64,000 bases of DNA from Basidiobolus meristosporus CBS 931.73 (Eukaryota; Fungi; Basidiobolomycota). The notes under the pieces are model-generated. The model worked only from the letters and a program-made list of their open reading frames with translations. It was not told where the DNA came from and did not search any database. This document shows, piece after piece, positions 38,260 to 50,021 of this stretch. Every line of letters starts with the position of its first letter. Position 1 is the stretch's first letter. Both the position numbers and the translations under genes were made by a program. The stretch spans positions 62,001-126,000 of the forward strand of contig MCFE01000054.1 of assembly GCA_002104905.1 (NCBI GenBank), written 5' to 3'.

Positions 38260-39795
38260 ATAAAGCAAGGAAAGCACTATTCTGAGCAACATAAGTAAGA
38301 TTGAGTAAAATTACCAGTAACTGTATCATACCACTGGCATCATGGTAGAAATTATAGTGCCTGATAGTGCTGTAGAGTGCCAGATTGATCCGGCACCATA
38401 AACAGGCTGGCACTATGTGGCACTATCCAACGGAACAAGTCTAATCTACTTGTCTCTTTATCTCCTCAAGTCACAACGGCCTCATCCTGAAAGATTTTTT
38501 GCTAAATGGGGCACTATCTCCTGTGTCAATGGCATGATCCATTTCTCTGACTAGTGGTAGGAATACAAGTTCCTCTGGAAACACCTCTGAATATTCCTTC
38601 AGAAGAGTCTGGAGCTTCTAGGTACCTGGAGTAAAGTAATCATACTGCAATCCTGCCATGCAAAACATCTTGGTACCTTTCCTAAGTGCTCTACCACACT
38701 GTGTCTTGCTAAGATCACTTGTGTCCAACACACTGGATTTGACCAAGTTGAAATCTAGTCTGGCAGGTGGTAGCTCATAGGTTTGGTTGTCTTTTTGGAT
38801 CTTAGTTGCCTGGGTTCTCCAATTGACTGATGGACCACAGTGGGAGTACCTGTGTTTCTCCAAGTACCAGGCCAAGTTTGCACTTTCCAAATATGCAGGT
38901 CTGTGGGTCTTCTCTATAGTCATTGATCTTCATTCCTTCTGGCAGAGTGATACAGTGGATCATGTGAGAGTGCCCATCAGCTGTTGAGACTGAGGTTGAT
39001 ATGGTAAGCTCAAGGTTGATTCCAGCTTTCAAGGCTAAATATTTTGGCCTGTACTCATGTGAGGTTCCTGGGCCAATCATGATTGTGTACTCTATTAATG
39101 ACTCCATTCAAGTATAATGGTTCTCCTGAGTTTGAGGTCATTTGTGGTAAGTATTCCTTTGTTGTATGGAAGTTGAGTGCTGAGTGTTCTTCAGGTTCAT
39201 TCTCCCCATCACTATGACCTTGAGATTCAATATTCTTATGAAAAACAATTTGGTTGCACAGGCAAATCCTTTCCAGATCAGCTGACAGGATCCTGTCAGG
39301 AGACCATTATAATACCAGTAGCTTAGAATTAATGACCATCTACACAATCTTATGACAGGATCATAACAGCATTGTGCTAATTTTACTGTCAAATAAAGTT
39401 GAAAAGCATAACAGTGATTGGGCAGAGTTCTGTTAAGGGTGGCATGGTATTGTTGTGGTCTTAGTGTGCTCTATAACTACTTGGGTGAATCTAACTGGCC
39501 AGTACATCCAATTACCTCATACAGCAAAATACTTGAAGGTGTTTCAACTGCCTCATTTCATGCCACTGATGATTTCATTACAGCAGTATGGTAGCCTACA
39601 GCTAGTTCTGTATAAAGCTACCATACTAACTTACCAAATAGTATTTCTTTTTTCTACCTCCCCTTGCACAATATCATATATTCTTCTGTAGAATCATCCC
39701 TCTTTATTTGCTTACCCACTACTACCTTGGGTATTCCTCATACAGCTTGGATCAAGAAATACTATGGCCTCTGGCTTACTAACCTCTACAAGCAC

Positions 39796-40581
39796 TGTGG
39801 TAGTGTAGAGGTACTTCTGGGAGAAGCTACACAACTTAGTGTTCTCATGGTATCTGATGGGTGCAAGATGTCTGATAGGTGCATAAGTCTCTGGCTCTAT
39901 ACTGCTAGTATCTTTGACAATATGTTACTAAGGTAGAAGCTCATGCTCCTCTAGCTTCCTAGGTACTCAAGGTGTCTCCAAAGACCTCTGTGTGTTTTGT
40001 GCACTACACTGAAAAGCTCCTGGATGGCAGGTGTGAGGTGTAACTGTTGAAGGTAGGTGCTATGATCAACTGGTAATCAACAAGGGAGAAGTGTTACTGA
40101 TAGAAGCAATGATTTATTGATGAGGGATTGACATCCCTTGGATACTTTTCCTGATTGCAAGTGACTACTAAAGACAAGGTTCTAAAAGATTCCAGGCATC
40201 ATTGGAATTCTGAAAGACATCATAATGAGCTAAAGTATTCTAAGAAGGTCCTGAAGGTTCTAAAAGGCATAGCACATCTAACCAATCAGGGATCAGTAGT
40301 CTGAAACCTGTGTATGAGGGTGATACCATGTATAGTATTGAAATGGTAGGGGTGCTAAGAAATACTTAGGTCATGTGTCATGGGTATTGATGTGGGTACT
40401 TGGCTAATGTGGATACATATACAGATCACAAAGCTGAATAACATCTAGGATAATTAATACTAATAACTAATCAGGGTAAACATCATATAGGGATAATACT
40501 GATAAGATATAATATGGATAAGTGCTTCAGAATAGCTATATGTATAAACTTATCTATGAGAGGTATGTTTACCCTACCACA
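39796..40581. repeat. Solo LTR family C (786 bp) inside the C4 transposase
   Basis: TGTGGTA...TACCACA inverted ends; transposase sequence resumes on both sides; no clean TSD. Confidence 0.78.
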
Positions 40582-43500
40582 ATGTGCGCACCAGCCCCAA
40601 TTGACATACTGCTATCACCTCAGCTTTACAGCTTTTTAGCGTGATACTTGCAAAGTTGCCAAATACCTTGTATTGCTTGTAACTAAGTTGTCCCAATCAA
40701 ACTTAGATGCCTGTTGCACTAAACCCAACTTTGCATTACTTAATCTATTACCCACACATTGGGGCTGCTTAGCTTCTTAATGACAAAGGCATTGGTGCCT
40801 CCATGTGCACATCTATCTTCAGTATTTTCCAACTCTTCCTGACTCTCCTCCATGTGCCAACCCTTTGCACACATGACAGACTTGAAGGTAATATTCTTGA
40901 TGAGATTGGGAAATGGCAGTACCTGCAACTTGACTTGTCATCTCCCCACACATCTGCTCTATAAGAAGCTTCCAAAAGATGAAGTATGACCCAATATGCT
41001 CCACACACCAAGTAAGATGGAGAAAAAAGTGGATGCAGTTGTGGCAGAGATCTATGCATTCAGCTTTATACTTGTAGAATTGCTGCCCAGTTTCTGTCAC
41101 AAATTCTTTGCACAAAAGCTGTAGATTAGCCAAGTTAGCATTAATAATATGCGTCTGGATTAATATTCCTACAATGTTCACATATGCCTCCCAATGCTTC
41201 CAATATACTCTTGGTAGCAATGGCTTCAGAAGGCCACTTGAAAGGATACATATCCTCTTCTTCCAGTCCTTGAACTTGAACTGTTGCATATGTGTATGAA
41301 TATTGCTTGGAGCCCATAAGAATTACTTAGGGAGGCAGATACTGTATAATATCTTGCCATTCTTTCAGATTTCTCCAGTATCTCAAAGGGCACACTTATC
41401 TTGGAATGCCCCATATACAACTTGGTCATCTGTATAGGGATATTGTTGAAAAGCAAATGCATTACTCCCGGTAGTAAGCTTTTGCTCCAACAAATACCCT
41501 CTACCTCAAGTATCTCTGGTTTTCAATTGATTCCATATTTTAGCCCATGGCTTAGAGCTTGTCAACTTTGCTGCAATTGCATGCTGACTTCTGTACATTC
41601 TCTCTGGGAAAGATGATGTTCTTAGTGCTGGTGTTTGGGTAATAATAAAGTGTGTGAGTTATGGAGTATATCCCCTGGATCTCACACATTTGGCAGCAAT
41701 ACATTCCATTGTGCCTGGAAAAACATGTTATCTTGCTGATGGGTGGGGTATCTCCAATGCAGCTAATAATATGAGCTTTTACATGAAGGCCATTAACTAT
41801 TATCCTGCTGGAAAGCATACAAAGTTAATCCAGCAATGGATACAGGTAGCTATCTAGGTTGGACAGTGATTTAGGCCCAGATACCAGTGAGACTACCATC
41901 AGATTATTGCTCTGATACTGTAAGATGGGTGGCAGATTCAGATTGATGAGAATCAGTGGCCAGCAGGATTTGTTGGTAGAGTACTTGCTTAATGAGAATC
42001 AATCAAGTGCTAAAGCAAAGGCATGGCCATAGATACCTTCAAATTAGCACTTGCTTCTTAGCTGTTTAGGATGCTGACCATCAAATATATTGGATATGTT
42101 TGTGCTTGATTGATACTGAGTGTGGTACTGTATAGCTTTGCAACATTTTTTGGACTGCATCAGCTTCCTCAGATGGGGTATGACCAGAATATATCTGGAG
42201 TGTGAACAATGTTTTCCCTCAATGGTGGTGGATTCCTGACAATTTGGACACGTTGCAATGGTAGCATTTTGGATGTGAATGCCATACAACTGTTAACACA
42301 TGCTGGAATCACAACAGTCTCAGGATTATCTGTTGCCAGCTGCATGATGGTTATCCACTTGTGCCATGTACATGGTAAGTTGCATCCTGGAATGATTTTG
42401 GCAGAAGTAGTAATAAGTCCTAAAAGTCCCCAATACTGATATTAGTGGAAACACACCACTTCTCTAGCCACAATGTTACATCATTCACCAGTAGATGGGT
42501 TACTAGGCTCACTTGGCTCCATAAAGTATCCTTGGCATTTCCTTCAACTGTTGTTATCTCATTGCATATTGGGATTTGACCAGGCTCATATGTAGTACTG
42601 TTGTTATGGGAGATAGGCTCCAAATCCATCAGTGAGCCATCTTTGTCAAAGCTATCACTCTGTGTGCCATATTCAGAAGGCTGAGGTGAGCCTAAAGGCA
42701 TCACATAATATCCTGACTCAGTTTGTGCAAGGTGACAAAGACAGCCAGGTGCCAATATAGAAGTATCAACTAGCCAGCAAGATAATGTTGGCACAGTAGT
42801 GACCAATGAATGGTCATATATGACTTGAGTGGCAACACACTGGCCATGATCCTTGTAATACTTCCTATGCTGTCTGTGTGCTTCATGGCTGAGAGGCTTG
42901 CCACAATAGCCTCATGGTCTTTTTTCTCTTCTCTTACAGTGTAGAGTCAACGTAGTTTTGTCCATTGGGTAAACAGTTTGACCTTCAACAACATAACACT
43001 ATTAAATCACTTTTTGGTCAATACTCATGTGAACATAAGACAGTCTTGTATTTGAGACATTGCACCTACATGAATGTAAGATTCAATGATGACCCACCAT
43101 AGTAGGCATTATAAAGAAGTTGTAGCACCACATACACACATATATGTAACACTATGTCCCCTTTGGTTTGACTCACTTCCATATATATGCTGCCAATAAA
43201 TAAAGCAAAGTTGTCTGGTACTCAATCAAGCCCCATTGCTGACAGCAACAGAAGAACAGTTGGACAACAGCTTGCTTTGACATTCTGTGCAACAAGTGGG
43301 GCTACATCCAAAAAAGGCCCTGAGAGAACTGTGCCCATTGAAGGTGATAATGAGGACTCCTCAGGCTCTCAGTCAAGTAGGCAATTGAGAACCCCTGCGG
43401 AGCCACAAGCTGACTGTTATGCTCAGGCAGATGAGAATGTAGCAAACACAGTACCCTCAGTTGAAGATCAGCAAGTGGCCATGATAACATCACCACCACC

Positions 43501-44159
43501 CATATTAGCAAGTATGTTTTCAACTCTTACCAAAGCATTAATGAACCAACTAGGTGCAGTGGCTGATAGGATAGATGCAATAGTCCAGAGAAGTCAGGAA
43601 ATAGTCCAGAAACAGGATGAGTGGATAATACGTGTATAGCAATCAATATCCAGGTAGAGAAAGCAGTATCTTTGCTGCAAAGAAGGAACCCAAGTAGCTC
43701 AATTTTCACAGCCATGAATTGAGCCATTTCTTAATGTAACAGCAGTGGGACACTGTCCAGTCATTGAAGCACAACAATTGTGCCCAAAGATAAAGCCCAC
43801 AGAAAAACCTATCACAGCAGGGAGGGAGACTATGTGGTGTTTATACCAAAGCCTAAAAATCAAAAGACATTCAAGATCTGTGAAGCTGTTGAATGCAATA
43901 ATGAAGAGTGGGTTAATATACAAGAGGCCATCAGAAGTCTAGCATGCCATCACCTTAAGGCCAGCATACCATGGGGCCATCAGGAACTCTAGGCCAACCA
44001 GAATGCACTTGACTTGCTCCATGAGCATTATCCAGGATTCAAACAGGCAAATGGATCTTGGGCCAGCATTGGTATGCTAAGAAAGTATTTCAAGAATAGC
44101 AGTAACAATCAACAGCAGAAGAACAAGGGTGTCATGGCTAAAAACCAGCGGCTTCCTTG

Positions 44160-44570
44160 AGAGCCTGTTACAAGCAGGGCCAAAAGCTCTAGACAAGTGT
44201 CAAAGAGACATCAGGTAGCTGGAAGAGTGCCAATTAGGGATAAGCAGGCAGACATGGATGCACCGGCACAATATTTATCAAGGAAAAAGCGTAGTACCAC
44301 TCAAGAAGCACCCAGTCAAAGTAGCAGTAAAGGACCTGGCAGCAATAAAAACTAGGTGCTTTTACAGGAGCCTGTCACAGCTATGGTTGAGAGCTCAAAA
44401 CAAGCACAAAAGAAACTTGAGGTTGCCAGAAGAGTGCCAGCAACAGATAAGCAGGTCAAAGCAGGTGTGTCAGACCAGTATTTATCAAGGAAAAAACATA
44501 GTTCTTTACAAGAAGTACTCAGACAAAGTAGCAGTGAAAGACCTGGCAGTGATAAAGGAACAGGTAAAGG
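44160..44570 (+). repeat. Two diverged tandem units of 207 bp (69 codons) in CMC ORF2
   Basis: gagcctgt at 44162/44369 and tttatcaaggaaaaa at 44274/44481; copy C2 (~4150-4400) has one unit. Confidence 0.8.
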
Positions 44571-46069
44571 GAAAATGTCTACCTAAGCCTGAGACAGGGA
44601 GGCATGCAAAAAAACAGCAGTTCTTGCCAATTAATGCTGCCAGCCTGGAACAGACTGAATCCCATCATAGCCAAGAAGAATTACCAACAAGAAAACAGCT
44701 GTTTTCACAAGAGTTGGAGGCGTGACCAGCTGAGCTGCACTCTGGCAAGGTAGATTAGTTTGCTGAAAAGGGTAATTTGCCTACCATAGCCTCCACATCC
44801 TCCATTGATGGCAGAGTTGAGATCCCACTGACCAACAAGGCTACAACACAAGAACTCAAAAGACTATCACAATGCCTTCAGTGGAATTTTGGGACATTAA
44901 TAGGCACACCAAGTGGTTGCAGCACTTCTTCACAAGCAGTGCTCAAGAAAACGCACGGGAATATTGCAAGGACTTATTGCAAAAACTGGCAGATGAGGTA
45001 CTAGACCTTGCAGTGCCAGCTGAAGACCAGGATGTGTGGAAACTGGTGAATGAACAGTGGCATAAAGCCGTAGAGCTCCAATCAAAGTTGTGGAACCAGA
45101 GTGTTACAGCAGAAATACTTATTACATGGTGGATATTGATGGAGTAACTTGTTGAGTGTGGGATTGGGCTTAATGTTAGGGTATAGTATAGGGTCTTGTA
45201 TAGGTAAATACAAATGGCAATTGAGGTACAACTGAAGTTTCAATGGAAATAAATCAATTTGTACTCATGAAAAGTAAGAGAAACAGTTGAGTCAGGAAGT
45301 AATGAGTGTGAAAAAGAGGCAATAGCCAATCAATGCATACAAACATAGGAGGTAATAGAGTGTCTGGGTTCAGTAAATGAGCAAATTGGCAGGGAATCAA
45401 TCAAAAGCCACTTGTACATTGTTGTGATGAAATGTTTTGACTAAGTTTTTTGTGAAATCTGGGGTGCAATTATTTTTCAACAGTCTCTGGACAGCGTCCT
45501 GACCGTATCAGTACCTCTTAGTCACAGAACTTTAGCTTTGTGATGGCCTTTTGATGGGATCATCTCAATAACTTTTCATAGGGTTTACAGTACCGCACCC
45601 AGTATCAATCAAGCACAAACATATCCAATATATTTGATGGCAACATTACAAACAGCTAAGAAGCAAGTGCTACTTTGAAGGTATCTATGGCCATGCGTTT
45701 GCTTTAGCACTTGATTGATTCTCATTAAGCAAGTACTCTACCAGCAAATCCTGCTGGCCACTGATTCTCATCAATCTGAATCTGTCACCCATCTTACAGT
45801 ATCAGAGCAATAATCTGATGGTAGTCTCACTGGTATCTGGGCCTAAATCACAGTCCAACCTGGATAGCTACCTGTATCCATCTCTGGATGAATTATGTAT
45901 GCTTTCCAATAGTATAACAGTCAATGGCTGTCATGTAAAAGCATATATTATTATCTGCATTGGGGATACCCGGGCCATCAGCAAAAAGCAGGTTTTTTTG
46001 GGCACAATGGATGGTATTGCTGATATATGTGTGAGATCAAGGGGATTTACTCCATAACTCACACACCTT

Positions 46070-48582
46070 AGACTTGTTCTGGTGGATTGTGCCACATAGT
46101 GCCAGCCTGTTTATAGTGCTGGATTGATCTGGCACCCTATGGCACTATCAGGCACTATAATTTCTACCATGATGCCAGTGGTATGATACAGTTACTGGTA
46201 GTTTTACTCAATCTTTCTTACGTTGCTCAGAATAGTGCTTTCCTTGCTCTATTTACTCTTCATAGTGCTCCAGACACATTTCTCTCAATGGATGTCTTCT
46301 TGTATGAGCATACTGTGCATCAATAAGTATCTTAAATATTTTACCTATTCTGCTGCTTTCTCCTATATATGACTTTCCTCTGTATTTACCTACCAATATG
46401 CTGAATCTCTTCAGATATCTAAATGTGTGCTCTACCTTCAATCTAAAATGATTAAATATCTCCTTGTAGAGCTTCTGCTTCCTGCTAAACACACCGTTCC
46501 TTGGCTTCCTATAAGCTGTAATACATCCTAATCTGTGACAATCCTCTCCTATATAAGCTAAGTCTGCAATACATTTCTCCCCTCTACTGAATTCAGGATG
46601 ATTCTCTACCCAGAGTGCTTTGTCATGCCTACTTCCAGCAAATGGCCCACTAAGCCAGATGATGTTACCCTCAATGTCAGACAGTGCTTGAAACTTCACA
46701 CAGTGTGCCTTGTACTTGCCAGAATAAAAGTGCCTCTGCCCTCTAGAAGGTCTGTTAATCCTCACTGGGAAGGTATCCAAAATTCCCCTGATATGGAACC
46801 TGTTGCTGAACACTCTGGGATATGGAAGTCTATTGGAGCTTCTGAACCAAGTATTCCAAGTTTGCTCTAAGTCATTTATACACTCTTCAAGGTGGTTCTC
46901 CATTGCTGTCAACTGGGAATGAAAGCTACTAGGACTTTTGTTGCCATGTATGGTGGGATGAAACCTTGTAGGGCAATAGTTCTTGTAATAGCAGAGAAGC
47001 TTAACAAGGGATCTCCTTGAGTAGATTGGGGTAGATGGTCCATAGTACTTGGAATAGAACTCCTCTAGTGTGTCAAAAGAAAATCCAGTGGTAGTGATGG
47101 GATTGATGAGAACAGACCATTCAGATGAGTAAGTCATATTAAAATTGGTGGATAATTGTATCAAGGTGGTTTGAATTGATTTGGCGTGATCTGCATTATT
47201 TATCTAATTTTTAATGCATTATGATTAAATCTCCATCAATTGCCATGTATCCCATCATTAAGTTGCAAAAATCATCTGCAAACAATGCCCTGGTACTTGT
47301 ATTGATGCTTTACTCATAGGTCTACAATCACATAGGAAATCTGCAATTGATGTGATCTGATCCGTGTCAACACAATCCAAGATGCATCATGCATAATATA
47401 TGGAAAATTCAACAATCACATTAGTTTTCATATATATATTTCATATAAGACCAGGTTGATGCCAATATACTGCTGTATAAGTATCCAAATCTGCTGCTAT
47501 GGTCCCCATACCAAGTCTTAACTCATCTTTAGTACAACCCAGACAAAACCCATCCCCCAGCTCACAAGCATGGTCCAGACCAGAAAAGTCAATGTTGGAT
47601 CTGTTTGAGTTCTTGCCAAATGCTTTTAGTATGGCCCAAGTGTCTATGATGAGCCTTCATACAGATATTTGGGCCCTACTGAATAATCTAGCAGAACTAG
47701 ATACCTCAGAGAGTTGACAAAGATGGAAGATTTTGAGTAGAAAGCTGTGGCATGAGTTCTACATCAAGATGCCAGCCAATGTATGTAAGAAGATATATAG
47801 CAAGACAAGTATTGAAATCAAGAATGAGCTGAGAGTGAGGGGATTTAATGAAGAAGCCGCGTGGGAACAATTTTACGTTCAATTTGCACAGTACAGGCCG
47901 GACACGTCCGTTCATGCCTCAACTTTGGGAACCAAAGAGATTTTGAATGAGTTTTTGCCTCAAATGACTAATGTACTACGTGATATATTAGTAGGGCTAA
48001 GTGGCTTCCAAGAGCAATATCCACAGGACTCATCCAGGCAACAGTTGCAAAGTATTAGACCAAGAGTAAGTGAGTACCTTGAGGAATCAGAAGGTGAGCT
48101 AGGATCCGGGATTTATTTGCTCAATGGGCAAAATGGGATATTTGATGGCAAATCAGGTAGCTTGTTTAGTAATTAATGAGCCAATTGGGGGCTGCCAGCT
48201 TCAGGATACTTTTGGACCAATTAATCACTGAGATACCATCCAATTGGAGCAATGGTAACCAAAATGGTAAGTATCGGTGTGGTTTATAGTGTGATACACA
48301 TTTGTTTTCATTTACATTAAAGAAATATATCCAATTACTGGATTTTACCTGCCATAATAGCGGTATCCAATTGCGCATGTGATTCAAACATTACAAGTTG
48401 GCGCAATCATCTGTGCCAACCTCATTGTGTCAGATTGTGCCATAGTGTGTGAGATTATCTCACATAGTGCAAAATTGTCCAAGAACAATCCTGCCTACTG
48501 GTAGCTATAATATTGTGCCCAATTGTTCTTTACAACCATGGATTGCACCACGTGCCCTGGTATGGTACAATGGAACAAGTCT
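46070..48582. mobile_element. PHIS (Pangu-like) transposon P2, 2513 bp, opposite orientation to P1, with a ~0.95-kb internal deletion of the ORF2 3' half
   Basis: TIRs AGACTTGTTC at both ends; flanks CTT / ATT (3-bp TSD, one mismatch); deletion junction GAGCT|AGGATC near 48100. Confidence 0.9.
46253..47137 (-). CDS. DDE_Tnp_4-type (PIF/Harbinger/IS5-like) transposase, ~294 aa, ORF intact
   Basis: MTYSSEWS...ILDTFP...SRHDK...IADLAY...VEHTF...EHYEE; no stops. Confidence 0.88.
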   Translation of the reverse strand: MTYSSEWSVLINPITTTGFSFDTLEEFYSKYYGPSTPIYSRRSLVKLLCYYKNYCPTRFHPTIHGNKSPSSFHSQLTAMENHLEECINDLEQTWNTWFRSSNRLPYPRVFSNRFHIRGILDTFPVRINRPSRGQRHFYSGKYKAHCVKFQALSDIEGNIIWLSGPFAGSRHDKALWVENHPEFSRGEKCIADLAYIGEDCHRLGCITAYRKPRNGVFSRKQKLYKEIFNHFRLKVEHTFRYLKRFSILVGKYRGKSYIGESSRIGKIFKILIDAQYAHTRRHPLREMCLEHYEE

Positions 48583-48799
48583 ATTATTACTACCCAAACA
48601 CCATGATTAAGAACATTGTCTTTCCACCAAGAGAATGTAAAGAAGTCAGCATGCAATTGCAGCAAAGTTTGCAAGCTATAAGCCATTGGCTAGAATATGG
48701 AATCAATTGGAGACTGGAGATACTTAAGATAGAGGGTATCTGTTGAAGCAAAAGCTTTCCACTACAAGCAATGCATTTGCTTTTCAACAATATCCCTAT

Positions 48800-50021
48800 T
48801 GTTGTGCATCAACATTTAAAACTTAGCCAATTTTACTCCGTTTGAAAATCTAGTACCCTAACTGGTTTTCCTAACCCAAACATAACAAGTCCCAGTTACA
48901 GTTTATTTTATCCCACCTCAGAATCTATTTTTAGCTATCACACCTGATCTATTTTCAAATGGTCATTACGTTATCAACCTATCTGCCAAGCCTTCCCAGG
49001 TGATTAGTCATCTGAGATCTATCCAACCACTGTGCAGTTGCCAAGACATCAGTTGATTGATGATGTAATTGTCATTTATCTTATGCACCTATGAACACCT
49101 AAATTGATTTCAATCAATCCAGTCCCTTGTTGCTTACTATTTCAACTAGATCAGAAAAGTATAAATAAAGTTTACTGAACCTTTTGGTTTAGTGTGTGTC
49201 TCAACAAAATTAAGATTCTGTCTCAGCAAAAATAAGAATCCAACAATTCCGTTCTAGTTTCTATCCAAGCCTAGTAAATCTAGCACTCCAAAGAACACCA
49301 AGCCTAGCCTGCCTAGCAAACAAATATCATTGTCTTTATAGCCAACCCAGCTATATCCAAGACCTGTTATGAATAGACACAAGGCAGGACAAAAAGCTAG
49401 GCACGGCTGGAAAGGACTTAGGTGTGGACCATCAAGGCAAGGCAGGATTCAAGGCAAGGCTGTTTATTCAAGACCTGTGTTTATCAGACTGAGGAATACT
49501 TAAGGGGGGATAGGACTATATATACCTTTTGGCTATATTGATGCCAAGAGATGTTAGCTAATACTAATGGGGTTGTGGGGTGAGGCACAGCAATGGTGCT
49601 GGGGATAATGACATAGATGACACGGTACTGAGACAGGATGGGGAAATGGATTGGGTCACCTGATCATGTGACTAAGTCATGTGACCTGGTATTTCCATAT
49701 ATGGTACTGGACTATAAAAAATACGATGGAAAGCTTCCATGGAATGTTCCATTGTGTAACAATGGTTTGGAATGGTCAGGAACTTTCTGGAAGGTGGTAG
49801 AAGGTTCCGGAAGGAATCTCTTAGAAATTGAGCTGGGAAGCTGAAACCTGGCATGGGTGTTCATGGCTGTCATGTGATCATGACAAGACCAATATTAGAT
49901 CAGAATCTTTCTGCTAATATTTCCGCCACTCTCTGACAATTCTAAGAATCTGCACTTAATTGTCCCTTTGGTTCAGTTAAACCATTCAAGAGTTTTATTA
50001 CACTTTCTCTTGAATACAACA
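48800..50021. repeat. Solo LTR-B with TSD CCTAT, containing solo LTR-A
   Basis: CCTAT at 48795-48799 and 50022-50026; inverted match to 33252-33946 apart from the insert. Confidence 0.92.
49365..49885. repeat. Solo LTR-A with 5-bp TSD AGACC
   Basis: AGACC at 49360-49364 and 49886-49890; the empty site is present in the 33-kb LTR-B copy. Confidence 0.93.

Larger units (their letters stand above)
35013..38442. mobile_element. Complete two-gene PHIS (PIF/Harbinger-ISL2EU group, Pangu-like) DNA transposon P1, 3430 bp
   Basis: TIRs AGACTTGTTCC(A/G)T; TSD AAT (35010-35012 and 38443-38445), whose removal restores the host RT frame; divergent transposase and ORF2; GGCAC(A/T)AT subterminal repeats. 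Confidence 0.9.
32070..39233 (-). mobile_element. Degenerate Ty3/gypsy internal region (knuckle, protease, RT, RNase H, integrase) interrupted by solo LTR-B and a PHIS transposon
   Basis: Protease-like segment 38800-39110; RT SKSPWGAPVLFVKKKD, NYRALN, KIDL; RNase H TEASDYAIGGVLSQ; integrase at 32300-33200 homologous to 23950-24900. Confidence 0.85.
39234..45583. mobile_element. Full-length CMC/EnSpm copy C4 with divergent genes: Tnp2-family transposase pseudogene on minus (~39590-42806) and accessory ORF2 pseudogene on plus (~43187-45250)
   Basis: Left end TCTTATGAAAAACAATT, right end AATAACTTTTCATAGGG (consensus CCCTATGAAAA.T.ATT); transposase motifs HVKAHIISCIGDTPPISK, YCCQMCEI; flanks do not match. 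Confidence 0.82.

Noticed and set aside
38330-38430. CRISPR-like or satellite array
   Set aside because: Short 7-8 bp motifs with irregular spacing and mixed orientation; transposon subterminal repeats.
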